Below, piece after piece: positions 61,798-64,000 of a stretch of DNA of 64,000 bases (positions within the stretch are counted from its first letter, which is position 1; every line of letters begins with the position of its first letter). A program made the position numbers and the translations under genes. A model generated the notes under the pieces. The model worked only from the letters and a program-made list of their open reading frames with translations. It did no database searches and was not told the origin of the DNA. The stretch covers positions 330,026 to 394,025 of the forward strand of contig NIVC01000978.1 in assembly GCA_002269645.1 (NCBI GenBank), read 5' to 3'. This stretch comes from Macrostomum lignano (Eukaryota).

Positions 61798-64000
61798 GGA
61801 ACCTCTTGTGCTGCATACACGAGTTTCCGCGACAAGCTCCAAGGTTTAACAGCACATTAACTCGTTTTTGTGCTCGAATGCACGTGTACCGTGTACAATA
61901 AATATAATACCATTCAGTATAAAACGAAAACAAAAACCGCACAAATACTGTGGACTTAAAAGCAACAAAAAGTTATTTAATGTTGTTTAAGACTTGCAAA
62001 CTTGCAATTAGTTTTGTTTTTGTTGCTTTAAACGATATGAAACATAGTCTTTTTGTTTTAACGTAAAACTTTTTTAATGTAAATCCAAAAAAGAAAAAAA
62101 AGGAGAAAATAATAATTTACTATACTATAATACTTAATTCTAACACTATGTCACTAACATAGATTTGAGATTTGAGAGGGGAGAAGCCTTATTTTTTACT
62201 TGAGTCAATTAATAGTACTGGCTACGTTACTTTAAGTTCAGTATATATTACGATTTAAAATACTTTTAAAGGAAAATTCATGGTTTCTTCTTTAATTATA
62301 ATTCAACTGACAGTGACGATGTTTACTTAGTAACTTACTTAGGCTTAGCTTATTAGGCCTACCTCAAGTCGTATCTCGACCAGGTCTACCCCATGGTCAA
62401 TAAAAGAAGCATAAGCAAAAATTTTTTTCACATACAGTAGGCTTACTACCGAAAACTATTGAGCATAGATTCCCAAGATCCAAGCAAGGAAGTAATTGGC
62501 AAATTAGGCCTAGGCCTAGTCCTAAGCATTTAATTTATAAGCCCTAAAGTAAACACCTAATAAGACCTACCTTTGGCTTAGCTTTATAAATATAAACTAT
62601 AACGACTGTATTATGCTGGGGTGTGTGAAATGGTAGGGCCTATGACAAGCAAAAAGTAAATGTGTATAGGATTACCAGTCCAGGGCAAAACTATTGTAAA
62701 TTCGTTTTAAAGACCTACTAAAGGCTACCAAAATTTTAAACTAAGCAATGCCTTAAGTTAAACAGAATGTAGGCCTAGTAGGCCCTATAAGCCGAAATAG
62801 TACAGGCCCATAGTCAGGATCATGTCTAACTAGGCCTAGCATTGGCACTGTGTAGGCTAGGCCTACATTTTTTTAGAAAACAATATATATGCTGATATGC
62901 AGTGTTCTTATGTTCTAATCTAAGTAGGCCTAAATATTTTACTATGATAAATCATATTAAAATTTCGTCAATTTTTTGTAATATAAGCTAAAATTTATGG
63001 AGTCATTTTTGTAATATTGCTAATTTTTTTATTAAATTACTAAAAAATAGCCATATGAGTCTAAAATATAGATGATAAAAATATTCTAAATGAAAAACAG
63101 TTGTAATTTTGTATTGGAAAAGTAAAAACATATTTTAAATTTTTTAAAGTATAATCAAGATTTTTACTTTTATGTTTTTATATTTGATATGCAACTGCAT
63201 TTTAACATAGTGTATGTGTAGTTTATACTATATTCCTCTATTTATTGAAGGTCAGGATTGTATTGTATACTAGTATACAATATTGTTTCCTTAGTTCATT
63301 TATTCTAATATATATTGATAGACTTCTATTATATTATATAAAAATACTTCAAATCAAAAACTAAAATTTTGACAAATAGTTATGGCTTACAAAATTTTAA
63401 GATTAAAAAAATGATTAATAAATATTGGTTTTTTATTTCAATTTAGCTATTTTAATTATGTATATATACTAAATATATATATTGATTGGGACTTGGAACT
63501 TTGGTCCTACTTACAACTTCACAATCTTTATATGCCAAGCTATATATTAAAAGGGCATATCAGTCCCCTCTGTACATCAAGTTGTATATCAATTATATAC
63601 TCAAGTCCTTCTGTATGCCAGAATTTTCTAGTATATATGTATACCACCAGAAGTCTAGTGCTACATTGCAACCTTACTATGCACCAAACTATTAATCTAA
63701 AAAAACTTTCATACATTTATTTATTTGACAAAATGATATCATCTTGAGTATGGTTTAAGCTAGGGATGACAAATTGGCAAATATAGCCTATGATGCTTCA
63801 AGTCTGGCCCACAGTATCCTTACTATTTATCAATTTAAAAATGGCCTGCAAATCAATTTTATGTTGAAACATTTATCTTTACAAGTAAAATTAGCTTTCA
63901 CCCTATTATTCCTATATCAGTTTTACTTTTAATTGTTGGGTTGTGGTTTTATTTGGTCTAATCATCTAAAATTGTTATAGCCATAATTTGCATATTTTTT

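Overview
This is eukaryotic (animal) genomic DNA with GT-AG spliced genes, GC-rich exons and introns packed with minisatellites. The style suggests a free-living flatworm such as Macrostomum, but that is an unverified inference. Nine host genes can be modelled: the first coding exon of DHDDS (-); a DSTYK-like dynamin-fold/kinase-fold protein with degenerate catalytic motifs in both domains (+, 6 exons); a compact chymotrypsin-fold protease (-); a divergent Wnt (-); MFSD5 (+, 5 exons); an intronless Schlafen/AlbA_2 RNase-domain gene (+); a VWDE-like membrane protein (+); a PAN + C-type lectin (+); and a CAP/SCP + ShK protein (-). The VWDE-like and CAP genes each contain an apparent -1 frameshift at a short G run. 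Mobile DNA includes an internally deleted Mag-like Ty3/Gypsy element (LTRs, PBS, PPT, 5-bp TSD), a non-coding TRIM/LARD-like LTR element, a deleted mariner, a 5'-truncated RTE-like LINE, three tRNA-headed SINE types and several MITE/foldback elements. The most unusual signal is compositional. Three sharply bounded blocks (about 0.8-3.0, 28.8-34.2 and 62-64 kb) are almost CpG-free and rich in TAG/CTA/AGGCCT; the first two lie at the 5' ends of housekeeping genes. Repeat copies inside these blocks show CG>TG/CA and some CG>TA or TG>TA changes, which points to 5'-gene-body cytosine methylation/deamination, possibly extending beyond CpG. No CRISPR array, rRNA or intact tRNA gene was found.
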